From assembly GCA_965217585.1 (NCBI GenBank), contig OZ244561.1, positions 960,001 to 1,024,000 on the forward strand: a stretch of DNA of 64,000 nt. The letters are read 5' to 3'. Under the pieces are notes generated by a model, which did not search any database, was not told where the DNA came from, and saw only the letters and a list, made by a program, of their open reading frames with translations. The position numbers and the translations under genes were made by a program. Shown in pieces: positions 55,006 to 64,000 of this stretch (its first letter is position 1; every line of letters starts with the position of its first letter). This DNA is from Candidatus Latescibacterota bacterium. GTDB lineage: Bacteria > Latescibacterota > UBA2968 > UBA8231.

Positions 55006-56460
55006 CTATTCGATAGAACTTAGGACAGAATCAATATAGGTGGCGCAAGCTTGGTAGGTGGCTTTGGAGGTGGCAAGCGCAGCAGTGACAGTAGAGATTG
55101 GAGGGGTAACGTAGGCGGTATCGCGGGCGGCTATTCGAGCATCGTAGGTGGCGGCGTAGAAGGAGTCCCAAGTACGACCTTTATAGCGTGTGCGGCGTGA
55201 GGCAGCTTGGGTAGCTTCGGCTTTAGCATCGGCTTTGGCTTGGGCAGCATAGGCTTGGGCAGCGTAGGCTTGGGGGTCGGCGGAATCAGCGGCGTAAGCT
55301 GCTTTGAATAAGGCGGTGGCAGCAGCGTAGCCGGCGGCGATGCTGGCAGAGTCAACGTAGGTCGCATAGGCGTAGCGAGCTGCTTGGGTAGCGGCGGTAT
55401 TTTGGTAGTAGGCAGAATCTCCGCATCCGAAGAATATGTATGAGGCGGTATCGGCGTAAGCAGTGCCAAATCTAACTTGGTAGGCGGCGTATTGGGCGGA
55501 GCGGCAGTAACTGGCTTGATAGGCAGCGTAGGCGGCGGCGTAGGCAGCAGCGTAGGAGACGTCGTAGGCTGCTTGCACGGCATCTTTGTTGTAGGCACGG
55601 CGTAAATGGGCGGATGCGGCGACGTAAACTTTGGCGGCTTTGGTGGCTTGGGCGGCGGCACGGCGGGCAGCGGCGGCAGCTTGGACGGCTTCGGAAGCGG
55701 CTTGAAGGGAATCAGCAACGGCAGTGGCATGGCGGGAAGTGGCTTGAGCGGCGGCGTCTTTATCGTAGGCACGGCGTAAGCGAGCAACTTTGTCGTTGTC
55801 GGCTTGAGCGGTGCCTTGGGTGGCTTCGGAAGTGGCTTGGAGGGAATCAGCAGCGGCAGCAGCGCGACGAGCGATGGCGGCAGTAGCGACTTGGAGGGAA
55901 TCAGCAGCGGCGGCTTGGTCGGCAACACGGCGAGCAGTGGAAGCGGTTTGGTCGGCAGTGCGGCGGGCAACTTCATAAGTTCTGGATGCCAAGCGAGCAT
56001 TGCGGGCGTCGTAGGCGGCACCGGCGGCAACATAAGCAGCAAAGGCAGTGCGGCGGGCAACTTCATAGGCTTTGAGCGCTAAACGAGCGTTGCGGGCGTC
56101 GTAGACGTCGTAGGCTTTCTCAATGACTTTGGCCTCGTCTTTATGATGGAGAAAAAACGAAGAGGCAGCGCTGGCGGCGACGCGTAAGTCGTGGTCGGCG
56201 GCAGCGAGCAGGACAGCGGCTACACGGGCAGAGTCGGCGAAAGCGATAGCAGAATCGGCCAAGCCCGCAGCGGAATCGGTGAAGACTGCTAAACGGGCGG
56301 CGAGAATATCGGTTTGCTCTGCGGCGCGGCGGGCGGATTCGGCGATGTCGCTTAGGTGGGATTTGGTGAAGTTGACGGCATTAAGGGAAACTATGGTGTC
56401 ATCTTCACAAGCAGCGAACAGGACGACGAACAGGACGACGAATAGGATACGTTGACTCAT
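55006..56460 (-). CDS. Ala-rich repeat lipoprotein
   Basis: AGAGGA RBS, lipobox FAAC, repeats AYDARNARLA..YEVARRTA (x2), ADSLQ (x3), LRRAY.KDA (x2). Confidence 0.75.
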   Translation of the reverse strand: MSQRILFVVLFVVLFAACEDDTIVSLNAVNFTKSHLSDIAESARRAAEQTDILAARLAVFTDSAAGLADSAIAFADSARVAAVLLAAADHDLRVAASAASSFFLHHKDEAKVIEKAYDVYDARNARLALKAYEVARRTAFAAYVAAGAAYDARNARLASRTYEVARRTADQTASTARRVADQAAAADSLQVATAAIARRAAAAADSLQATSEATQGTAQADNDKVARLRRAYDKDAAAQATSRHATAVADSLQAASEAVQAAAAARRAAAQATKAAKVYVAASAHLRRAYNKDAVQAAYDVSYAAAYAAAYAAYQASYCRSAQYAAYQVRFGTAYADTASYIFFGCGDSAYYQNTAATQAARYAYATYVDSASIAAGYAAATALFKAAYAADSADPQAYAAQAYAAQAKADAKAEATQAASRRTRYKGRTWDSFYAATYDARIAARDTAYVTPPISTVTAALATSKATYQACATYIDSVLSSIE

Positions 56461-56531
56461 TTTTTTATCCTCTGGGCGACTTTCTGTGAAGATACGGTTC
56501 TAGTCGCCACTCTTCACAGCGAGAGAGCAGA

Positions 56532-58334
56532 CTAAGGTTCCTCGGCGAGGTCTTCTCGTAACTCTGTATCTTCGTCGGGATCAAAGATGGTTGCCCGCCA
56601 AAACTCCGGTGGCAATGGAGACCGATGTTTGATACATGCAAGAATCAAAGCTGCTTGGGGGACTTCAAAGACTTCCTTTGATGGAAATTTCTTTCTACAT
56701 TGCCCTACGAAATTTCTAATTTTTTTGGCCAAAGACCGCTCATCGTTTGGGTCAGAGCTAAAATTAGCAGTCGGAATTGCGGCCCCGTCGACGACCTTTT
56801 TATGGAAAATTCGCTTGTCCCAATCATCAGGAGGTGCCCACCCAAGCAGGGCGATTGGATTTTCGTCAATCCCTTTCACGATCCGTGTGAAATATCTTTC
56901 TAGCAATTCATCTCTCTGACTTTCCTTGAGTGAAAAGCACAATTCCAATACCATAAGCAGGAGATATGAACTTCCATCAACAAATTCTGTGGGACGCTTA
57001 GAAGTAGCTACAAATTCAGCTACTAAGTCCATTCTACTGCGGGCCTCAATGAATGGAACTCCACTGATTCTCGCTCTTCGTGTGAGGAGACGGTTTTCCA
57101 GAGATCCTAACCAATTATATATCTCGTCTTGGCAACCTGACTGCCAAAGAATCCGCCACATCAGAAATAATTCAACATGATGAATGTCTAACAATGGCCT
57201 CAATGCACTAGGATTACTTTGGAGACACCGAATGAGCCATTTGGCATTCCGGCACAAAACTTTTCTATTCTGTTGCTCTTGATCATCTATAAATGTGCAG
57301 TTCAATATCCCCAGTCGACCGAGGTGCCAGTAGGCTATGTAAGCATCTAGGATCGCTCCCAACCGACCGCTGGGGTTTCCTCTTCCAGTCAGTCCATGTT
57401 CTGTAGTCAAAGCATCTTGTATTTCGGTAAAGTACTGTTCTAATTCTTCCACATAAAACTTGATCCAGACATCAGATACTATGAGCCTTAAATTTTCCGT
57501 TTGTAAATCGCAATATACATTCCACAAAGCCAATACCGCCCATTCAATTAGATCAATCCATCCCGGATAGCTGTTGGGCGTATTCTTCCTGTATTCGTTG
57601 ACAATCATTAGAGAAACGGGTACGAGTCGCAGTTTCCGCTCATCTATCGGACACTCTAACACCTTGCCAAGGAAATACTTCCATTGGGGAACTAATTGAT
57701 TTTCCCATTCTATAGAACCAAAATCAAAGTCGCCAACCTGCAAACAAATATACTGTAACGCGCTCGATAAATGTTGTGGTATAAGATCGGGCGTTAGGAG
57801 TTTACCTTTTACCTCCTCCGTCAATTTAGTAAGATTCCATCTTTCAAAGGTCAACTCAATGCCATCGCCCCGAGTGTTGCCGAGAGAGTTGGTAGTTTGT
57901 TCAAAGAGTTGAATTCCCGTTCCATCTTCATCTTTGTTGTATGCGAGGATGATGCTGACCTTCTCTATTGAATCTAATCCCATTCTCTGCAAATCTACAG
58001 TGGATGCCATTCGCAGATCTGAGTCAAAATTATGCTGGCTCCAATTTCTATTAGTCAGTGCTTCATCTTTGAGTACAAAAATGACGAGTTCTTCACTTTT
58101 TTCGCGCAGAAAAGCGAAGTCAATGCCAAATTCTGCCTCACTTTTCGTCTTTGGTATTTTGGGAGGCGGAGACCTAAAAAACGGTAGCCGTACCGGCGTC
58201 CAGTTTTTCGCAACAGCTAGGTTATAGATCACCCAATCAAAACCTATTTTGAGTCCATCCTTTTCTTTTCTCGTTCTTTCTAATAAACTCGTCAGATAAT
58301 TGCTCAAAAAAGTAGTACTATCATAGCATGGCAT
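56532..58334 (-). CDS. Large hypothetical protein with a putative N-terminal PD-(D/E)XK (Mrr-like) nuclease fold
   Basis: EFGIDFAF...IFVLK motif; AT-rich; start lies 1 bp after the upstream stop. Confidence 0.6.
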   Translation of the reverse strand: MPCYDSTTFLSNYLTSLLERTRKEKDGLKIGFDWVIYNLAVAKNWTPVRLPFFRSPPPKIPKTKSEAEFGIDFAFLREKSEELVIFVLKDEALTNRNWSQHNFDSDLRMASTVDLQRMGLDSIEKVSIILAYNKDEDGTGIQLFEQTTNSLGNTRGDGIELTFERWNLTKLTEEVKGKLLTPDLIPQHLSSALQYICLQVGDFDFGSIEWENQLVPQWKYFLGKVLECPIDERKLRLVPVSLMIVNEYRKNTPNSYPGWIDLIEWAVLALWNVYCDLQTENLRLIVSDVWIKFYVEELEQYFTEIQDALTTEHGLTGRGNPSGRLGAILDAYIAYWHLGRLGILNCTFIDDQEQQNRKVLCRNAKWLIRCLQSNPSALRPLLDIHHVELFLMWRILWQSGCQDEIYNWLGSLENRLLTRRARISGVPFIEARSRMDLVAEFVATSKRPTEFVDGSSYLLLMVLELCFSLKESQRDELLERYFTRIVKGIDENPIALLGWAPPDDWDKRIFHKKVVDGAAIPTANFSSDPNDERSLAKKIRNFVGQCRKKFPSKEVFEVPQAALILACIKHRSPLPPEFWRATIFDPDEDTELREDLAEEP

Positions 58335-58335
58335 G

Positions 58336-60273
58336 TTATATCCCCTCATCTTGCAAACGCCGTATCTTCTGTTCGGCCTTAAATCTCCGCAGTGCCATAC
58401 TTTCGGGCTGAAGCCTCTCAAGGCGCGGCATTTCTACTTGAAAGGAAAGCTCTTCCAGAGACATAGATTCGCCTATCTCCCCCGGTTCTCCTTGCGACAG
58501 GGTGAACAAATTTCCATAAATTAAATCTACTGTCGGAAAAATCTGTGACACTAGTGATTGGTCACGAGTCTCTAAAAAACGTTGCGAAAGATCCCGACGT
58601 GCCTTCTCAGTGGCTTCCATATACTCTGGAAATTGGAAACTATTCGCAGAAGAGTTTTGAAATTTCTTCTGTTTTTCAAAATAGCTTTCTGCTTTTACAA
58701 TGACTCGTTTAAGTAGATCCGATGGTTTTTCTATTTTTTTCCATTCCTTCAAACAGGCACCTGGATAATTTGTTGCCTGTAAAACCATCTCATTTTCAAA
58801 TTCATCCCGTAGTTCGTTATCAGATGCGTTTCGGACTAAAGACTCCATCATAAGCAAGAGACGTGCAGTTTTCTTACCATCGGCGAACGGCATTCTGATA
58901 GATTCCCAAAGTGCCAAGCGTAATTCCATATCCGAGACCCGCTTTACCTTCATCACTGTATCGGATAAAGTTTCAATCTCGATCTTATGTAGGAGAATAT
59001 TTCCTAGTTTTCTGATAGTGTCACTTCTGGAAAAAATGCAACCTGCTATCAACTGCGGTACACCAACTCTGTTCATTTCTGAAATTAAGTATTCAAGTTT
59101 ATGATTTATAAACAGTTCGATCAAAGTCTCTGGATTTTTATCGGCAATTTGTTTTAGAAGTTTACCAAAACTATCTGTATCTTCGCGCAGTCGGTGAACT
59201 AGATAACACTCCACTCTTTCCCATATCTTAATATACTCTTTTTCAATTGGCTGAATAGAAAGGATGAGTTTATTTGCATCAGCCGTATCTATCAGCGCTC
59301 TGTTTCTTCCTTGATAATCCCGTAATTTATATACTGTATCCGTGATACTGTATTTTGCATCTGGTGACAATTCGGATGATGCATGTTTATTAAGCCATTG
59401 AAAAACAAAATGGGCGAATTCTTCTTCTATTCGTCTCGAAGAACAACGTCGTACAACATCAAAGGCTTCATTCTGTTCTTCTATCGTACCTTCTATAGCT
59501 TTATCAAGTACTATACTCAACTTATTTATGGAGATCCCACCTCTTCTGAAGGAAGTTCCCCATGACCGATAATAGCATCGACGTAATTCTTTCTTTTGGC
59601 TTGTATCCACATCCCATTTGTTTACTGTTTCTTCAAGGACCTTTTCTTTTACAGACGCAGCTTTTGCACGTACTGCTCCTAAGATAATAGCCGCAAGATG
59701 CAATCTCACATCATCGAGTTCATCTTTGATATATTGATCGAATACTATCAAACCGGCAGATGGAAAATTGAAAGCATAATTTTCAACTCCCCAAAAAAAA
59801 TCACCGCCTGCTAAATTTCCTTTCACAGCATCTCCAATTTTCAAAAACCAACTAGAAGCAAGCACTGTGGGGACTTCCACATTCGACAAAAACGTCGGTA
59901 ATGAACAAACGTAATCCCAAAATTGAGATGCTTCTTTATCAACCCATACGTTTAAAAAAATTTCTCTGCTGGATGACGGTATCTGTTGGTACGATTCGCT
60001 CCATAATATGCCTATCAATCGATTTCTTAGTTCCTCAGACTCCAGACAGGGAGGAATTTTTGAAAGAGTTTCGTAGAACTCATAATCAGCCGTAATTCCT
60101 TGGGGAAAGAGGATATTCAATAACTCGGCGACTTGCTCTTTATTTTCTTCAAGGTAACGGATTTCTTCTTTAATCTGGCCCTCCCGATTTAACAAACTTG
60201 CCCTGATCTCATTCTCATCAACCAATCGAGAAATAGATTGACACATCTTCGATATGTTCGCCAATTTTTCCAT
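58336..60273 (-). CDS. Large hypothetical alpha-helical protein
   Basis: 645-aa AT-rich ORF, purine-rich RBS, no recognisable catalytic motif. Confidence 0.75.
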   Translation of the reverse strand: MEKLANISKMCQSISRLVDENEIRASLLNREGQIKEEIRYLEENKEQVAELLNILFPQGITADYEFYETLSKIPPCLESEELRNRLIGILWSESYQQIPSSSREIFLNVWVDKEASQFWDYVCSLPTFLSNVEVPTVLASSWFLKIGDAVKGNLAGGDFFWGVENYAFNFPSAGLIVFDQYIKDELDDVRLHLAAIILGAVRAKAASVKEKVLEETVNKWDVDTSQKKELRRCYYRSWGTSFRRGGISINKLSIVLDKAIEGTIEEQNEAFDVVRRCSSRRIEEEFAHFVFQWLNKHASSELSPDAKYSITDTVYKLRDYQGRNRALIDTADANKLILSIQPIEKEYIKIWERVECYLVHRLREDTDSFGKLLKQIADKNPETLIELFINHKLEYLISEMNRVGVPQLIAGCIFSRSDTIRKLGNILLHKIEIETLSDTVMKVKRVSDMELRLALWESIRMPFADGKKTARLLLMMESLVRNASDNELRDEFENEMVLQATNYPGACLKEWKKIEKPSDLLKRVIVKAESYFEKQKKFQNSSANSFQFPEYMEATEKARRDLSQRFLETRDQSLVSQIFPTVDLIYGNLFTLSQGEPGEIGESMSLEELSFQVEMPRLERLQPESMALRRFKAEQKIRRLQDEGI

Positions 60274-60317
60274 ATCCCCATTCCTTCAATATCTACTTTG
60301 CTTAAATCTTTCCCACC

Positions 60318-61578
60318 CAGGGCAATCGCACCAAAAATTGAGATTTGTCATAGGGTTATGTTATATTTTCTGTGTCTTTTTCGATAGCGCTGGTGCGCTG
60401 CTTCTCTCCCCTTCTCTTGGAACGTTTCCCCATGGCACCTTCGGCTGATTCACTGATTGAACATTTTTCCCAGGTACCCGATCCCCGTATCGAGCGCAGC
60501 CAAAGGCATCGTCTCATCGATATTGTGGTCATTGCCGTGTGTGGCGCGATCTGCGGGGCCGACAACTGGGTGCATATCGCTGAGTTTGGGCGATCCAAAT
60601 ACGACTGGCTAAAAACCTTTCTGGCGTTGCCCAATGGCATTCCTTCCCATGACACCTTCGGCCGCGTCTTCGCCCGGATCTCGCCCGAGCATTTCCAGGA
60701 CTGTTTCAGTGCTTGGGTCCAATCCCTCCTCCCCAAGCTTGAGGAAGAGATTGTGCCTATTGATGGCAAAACGTTGCGCCACTCTTATGACCGAACCTCG
60801 GGTAAAGCAGCCGTACATATGGTCAATGCCTGGGCGGTGAAAAACCGACTGGTGTTAGGCCAGTTCCACTGTGAAGGCGGTCTGGACGAGATCACCCTCA
60901 TTCCCGAACTGCTGCGTGTGCTGGCGCTCAAAGGCTGCATCGTCACCGTCGATGCCATCGGCTGCCACAAAAGCGTGGCCGAACAGGTCATCGACCGGCA
61001 AGGCGACTACGTACTGGCCGTCAAGGCTAATCAGCCCAAGCTGTTGCATCATCTGCGTCAGGTCTTCGACCGAGGGGAGCCTCAACTGCATCAGGATCTA
61101 TCGGTCGACATGTTTGAGACCTACGATGAAAACCACGGCCGCATTGAGACCCGCCGGTACTGGACCACCGATCAGGTCGACGCTTTTGCCGATGGGACCG
61201 CTTGGAAGGGCTTAGGCTTGTTCGGTATGGTTGAAGCCCAGCGACAGGTAGGCGATCAAGTCTCCGTGGAACGACGCTACTATATCTCCAGCCTGGACAA
61301 CGATGCCCAGCGGTTTGGTGAAGCGGTGCGTAGTCATTGGAGCATTGAAAATTCCTTGCACTGGATACTGGATGTGGTCTTCCGTGAAGATGACTCACGG
61401 GTACGCACCGGCCATGCCCCGGAAAATATGGCCCTCCTGCGACAGATTGCCGTGAGTCTGCTCCAGCAAGAGAAGACGGCCAAGGTCGGCGTCCAGACCA
61501 AACGGCTCAAGGCCGGATGGGATAACACCTATTTGGCTAAAGTATTGTCCGCTGGGCACTTTTGATGCGATTGCCCTG
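60318..61578 (+). mobile_element. Complete ISAs1-family insertion sequence (1261 bp)
   Basis: 19-bp TIR CAGGGCAATCGCA[C/T]CAAAA; 10-bp TSD CTTTCCCACC (60308-60317, 61579-61588). Confidence 0.95.
60432..61565 (+). CDS. ISAs1 family transposase
   Basis: DPR, GIPSHDTF, IDGKTL, TVDAIGC, VKANQ, HGRIETR, HWSIENSLHW. Confidence 0.96.
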   Translation: MAPSADSLIEHFSQVPDPRIERSQRHRLIDIVVIAVCGAICGADNWVHIAEFGRSKYDWLKTFLALPNGIPSHDTFGRVFARISPEHFQDCFSAWVQSLLPKLEEEIVPIDGKTLRHSYDRTSGKAAVHMVNAWAVKNRLVLGQFHCEGGLDEITLIPELLRVLALKGCIVTVDAIGCHKSVAEQVIDRQGDYVLAVKANQPKLLHHLRQVFDRGEPQLHQDLSVDMFETYDENHGRIETRRYWTTDQVDAFADGTAWKGLGLFGMVEAQRQVGDQVSVERRYYISSLDNDAQRFGEAVRSHWSIENSLHWILDVVFREDDSRVRTGHAPENMALLRQIAVSLLQQEKTAKVGVQTKRLKAGWDNTYLAKVLSAGHF

Positions 61579-62019
61579 CTTTCCCACCATTTCCGTGAAA
61601 TCTATATTCGGCAATCTTCTAATCTCTGCCTCGGCTCGCATCAAGAGCCTTTTGGCATTCCTAGGGCTTTCATAGTATCCTACCCAGCGACCAGTGGGTT
61701 CAAGCACATAATCTGCTTGGCGACGTGCTTCATAAAGCTCATCGAGAGTCCTTGCCAAATTGTTTAAGTCAGGATTGTTTGATGAGTACAAAAAATTCTT
61801 TAATGCGCCATGGTCAATATGATCATCGCGGCCATGGATTGCCTTGCCTTCCCGTGTGCGTATTTCAGTTCTTATTGAAAGAAAAAGTGCATAATATGCT
61901 CTCCCGATGGCAGTTCTTGTACGGGCTTCTTTGTCGAGTTTTCCTTGTTTTGTTATTGAGTGCCCAACTTTGGCAAATAGTTTTGGATCAAAATTCATAG
62001 TAATCTCAAACTCAATCAA
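61537..62019 (-). CDS. HEPN domain protein (UPF0332-like); C-terminus altered by ISAs1
   Basis: AIGRAYYALF, IDH, LYEARRQADY. Confidence 0.8.
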   Translation of the reverse strand: MIEFEITMNFDPKLFAKVGHSITKQGKLDKEARTRTAIGRAYYALFLSIRTEIRTREGKAIHGRDDHIDHGALKNFLYSSNNPDLNNLARTLDELYEARRQADYVLEPTGRWVGYYESPRNAKRLLMRAEAEIRRLPNIDFTEMVGKQGNRIKSAQRTIL

Positions 62020-62579
62020 TCAGAACCTGAAACAAAATGAAAATTAATCGCCTTAAAGGTCTCTTTATTTAATTTTTTAGCAATCAATGAGTAAAAATCA
62101 AAAGTCGTCTCAGCTATCATGTCGTCTTGTTTCTCTTCTTTCACGGTTACTATAATGAAATTTTCGTCATCAATATCTATCCCGACTTTCCAATTCAACT
62201 CGGAAGCGGCTGACTCAACAACAGAAAGCACATGACGCCATTCGATGTTTAAGTCAACTTCCTCTTCTCTGAATGACTCCGGTTTAAGTTCCCGAATAAT
62301 ATCCTGCAGTTCCCCATTCTCTTGCCTCAACGTTCCCACCTGATTTTGTAGTGCATTTAACTGAACCTGAAGATAGTTTATTCTTTCATGTGCCTGCCAA
62401 TCAGATATGTCCCTTCTCTCTTCGATCTGTTCAACTAGTGAACTGGAGAAAGCTGGCATACAATACGATTCCTGTAAAAGGAGACGCTTTCTATCAATCC
62501 CCTCTCGGCATAATCTTTGTGGCGTTGGCCGGGAATACCGAAAATCAATCTTCTCAGAGTCTTCAAAAATAGTATTCAT
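62016..62579 (-). CDS. Hypothetical protein (coiled coil plus small alpha/beta domain)
   Basis: ATGA-coupled to doc and overlapping the HEPN gene start; heptad pattern LQVQLNALQNQVGTLRQEN. Confidence 0.7.
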   Translation of the reverse strand: MNTIFEDSEKIDFRYSRPTPQRLCREGIDRKRLLLQESYCMPAFSSSLVEQIEERRDISDWQAHERINYLQVQLNALQNQVGTLRQENGELQDIIRELKPESFREEEVDLNIEWRHVLSVVESAASELNWKVGIDIDDENFIIVTVKEEKQDDMIAETTFDFYSLIAKKLNKETFKAINFHFVSGSD

Positions 62580-62953
62580 GTAATATGCTCTTTCAACCAT
62601 CTGACAAATTGATCGCGAGAGACATCTCCTGATGCAACTCCCAAGATGATCTGCTCTTGAATATCTACGGTTGCATCAATCTCATATCCGTTTAGAATTA
62701 AGGACGCTTCCATTGCGGCGTGTCCCACCCGTTTATTTCCATCGATAAAGGGATGATTCTGGATCAAAGAAAAACACAAGGCTGCCGCCTTTTCCACGAC
62801 AGTGGGATAGAGATCTTGTCCGTCAAACGTCATACGAGGTTGCTCGACAGCCGATTCTAATCCGCTACGATTAAGCAACCCTATAGAGCCACCACTTGTC
62901 TCAATAATATGCTGATGAAGTACCAATACTTCATCCATGCTGATATAATACAT
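62576..62953 (-). CDS. doc: Fic/Doc (death-on-curing) family protein
   Basis: HPFIDGNKR, LESAV..P, LYPTVVEKAA. Confidence 0.92.
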   Translation of the reverse strand: MYYISMDEVLVLHQHIIETSGGSIGLLNRSGLESAVEQPRMTFDGQDLYPTVVEKAAALCFSLIQNHPFIDGNKRVGHAAMEASLILNGYEIDATVDIQEQIILGVASGDVSRDQFVRWLKEHIT

Positions 62954-63990
62954 CAACTTAGTCTTTGGTAAAGTTCTCTATTCTTCTCCAACACGTATTT
63001 AGCGAGCTGCTCAAATTTCTGATCTCGAAACACACCGTTGTGAAAAAAATCAATAAGGCCATCTTTCATCTGAGAATGCGATCCAAGTCCCCCAGAGCTG
63101 AAACTCAAATGATGCCCTATGACAATGCGTATGATCTCAGGAACTACGTTAGCAGCTATGTTAGCGGTGTATCTTTTGGCCTGCTCATTATCAAGTCCAT
63201 TTATCTTTGGTTGGCCTGTGTGAACTAGGCGATTTCGAACTCTGCCAACCAGTTTAACCTGAACCTTTTGCTTGGAGGTGGGAGGCGAATCTATAATATC
63301 AAGCGATTGGAGAAGCGAAAATAATTTATCTGTAAAGGCTGGTTCACCTTTAATCCAATTATCTAGCGAACGTCTATATCGTTCCGCTTGATCTGGCTGG
63401 AGATCCTCTGTTTGCTCAAAGCAATTGAGGACATTGCTTATTGCGTTTTTAAGTTTCTTACGGATATTCTTTCTAACTTTCTGATCGGTCGTTTTATGAT
63501 TGTCGAGAATTAGATTGTCGAGCTTATTAAGAATTATGTCGAGTGCCGTGTAGTACAAAACGGCGCGAGCTTGCAAGAGGTTAGCGTTCATTGCCTCATT
63601 GTATAAAACCAGAGCGATGTGCAAATTTCTCGATACCAAACTCTCCCTATTTTGCCAAGCAAGTGCTGCGGCTTCCAAGGTCTCAATTGGAATCGCTGCA
63701 TAGCTGTCACCATATATATCGGGTCTGTACCTGTCCTTGTACTCTGCTGTTACTACGCTTCTACCTGTAATAAAAGTGAGTAAATTGCATAGATCCCATA
63801 GCCCGTCATCGTCGCATTCCTCGTCAAGGAGAATGCTCTTTTCCACAGAATCTTTCCAAGACACAGTTGCGGTGGCTTGCCAAGTACCTTTATGTGGCGG
63901 CAAGCGTTTTGCCTCCTTCTCAGTGATGACCCATTTTGCAGGTTTGGCCAATTGAGCAACTTTAGCATCGTAATCATCTGTGAGACGCAC
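62953..63990 (-). CDS. Hypothetical protein with a C-terminal HEPN-like RNase motif (start may lie outside the window)
   Basis: RNRLVH (Rx4H) motif after a helical domain; layout resembles ApeA/MauJ-type HEPN proteins. Confidence 0.6.
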   Translation of the reverse strand: MRLTDDYDAKVAQLAKPAKWVITEKEAKRLPPHKGTWQATATVSWKDSVEKSILLDEECDDDGLWDLCNLLTFITGRSVVTAEYKDRYRPDIYGDSYAAIPIETLEAAALAWQNRESLVSRNLHIALVLYNEAMNANLLQARAVLYYTALDIILNKLDNLILDNHKTTDQKVRKNIRKKLKNAISNVLNCFEQTEDLQPDQAERYRRSLDNWIKGEPAFTDKLFSLLQSLDIIDSPPTSKQKVQVKLVGRVRNRLVHTGQPKINGLDNEQAKRYTANIAANVVPEIIRIVIGHHLSFSSGGLGSHSQMKDGLIDFFHNGVFRDQKFEQLAKYVLEKNRELYQRLS

Positions 63991-64000
63991 CGTAAGGCCA

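Noticed and set aside
55131-56066. 311-aa Pro/Leu-rich ORF
   Set aside because: Shifted-frame shadow of the Ala codons of the lipoprotein; no independent evidence

Overview
GC-rich bacterial chromosome window (diderm, shown by TolC, MlaC and lipoproteins). The spondin, FG-GAP, RM and TA content is reminiscent of marine sponge-symbiont genomes, but this is inference only. The backbone is housekeeping and transport genes: Gfo/Idh/MocA oxidoreductases, Dpp-type ABC genes, larC, rlmN, PBP1A, tRNA-Gly(GCC), a TolC-MlaC-MMPL operon, uvrA, queC, queF, accA, an aminotransferase and argJ. Three accessory blocks interrupt it. (1) A complete IS1595-family element (31592-33889) has 24-bp perfect TIRs and an 8-bp TSD, carries three passenger genes, and has an inward-facing promoter at each end. 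(2) A roughly 10-kb type I restriction-modification island with no integrase is bounded by a 138-bp direct repeat of the host gene's 3' end. Between hsdM, hsdS and hsdR it holds a mosaic array of toxin-antitoxin cassettes joined by repeated copies of the hsdS tail and hsdR head, with most toxins deleted and antitoxins kept. (3) A mostly AT-rich, minus-strand defence-like region (53901 to the window end) contains a coupled HEPN / Doc / unknown / HEPN / large helical / nuclease-fold operon split by an ISAs1 element with a 10-bp TSD, plus an Ala-rich repeat lipoprotein and a PIN pair. The best candidates for something undescribed are the RM-anchored TA cassette array and the six-gene defence-like operon. 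All family assignments come from recognising motifs by eye, not from database searches.
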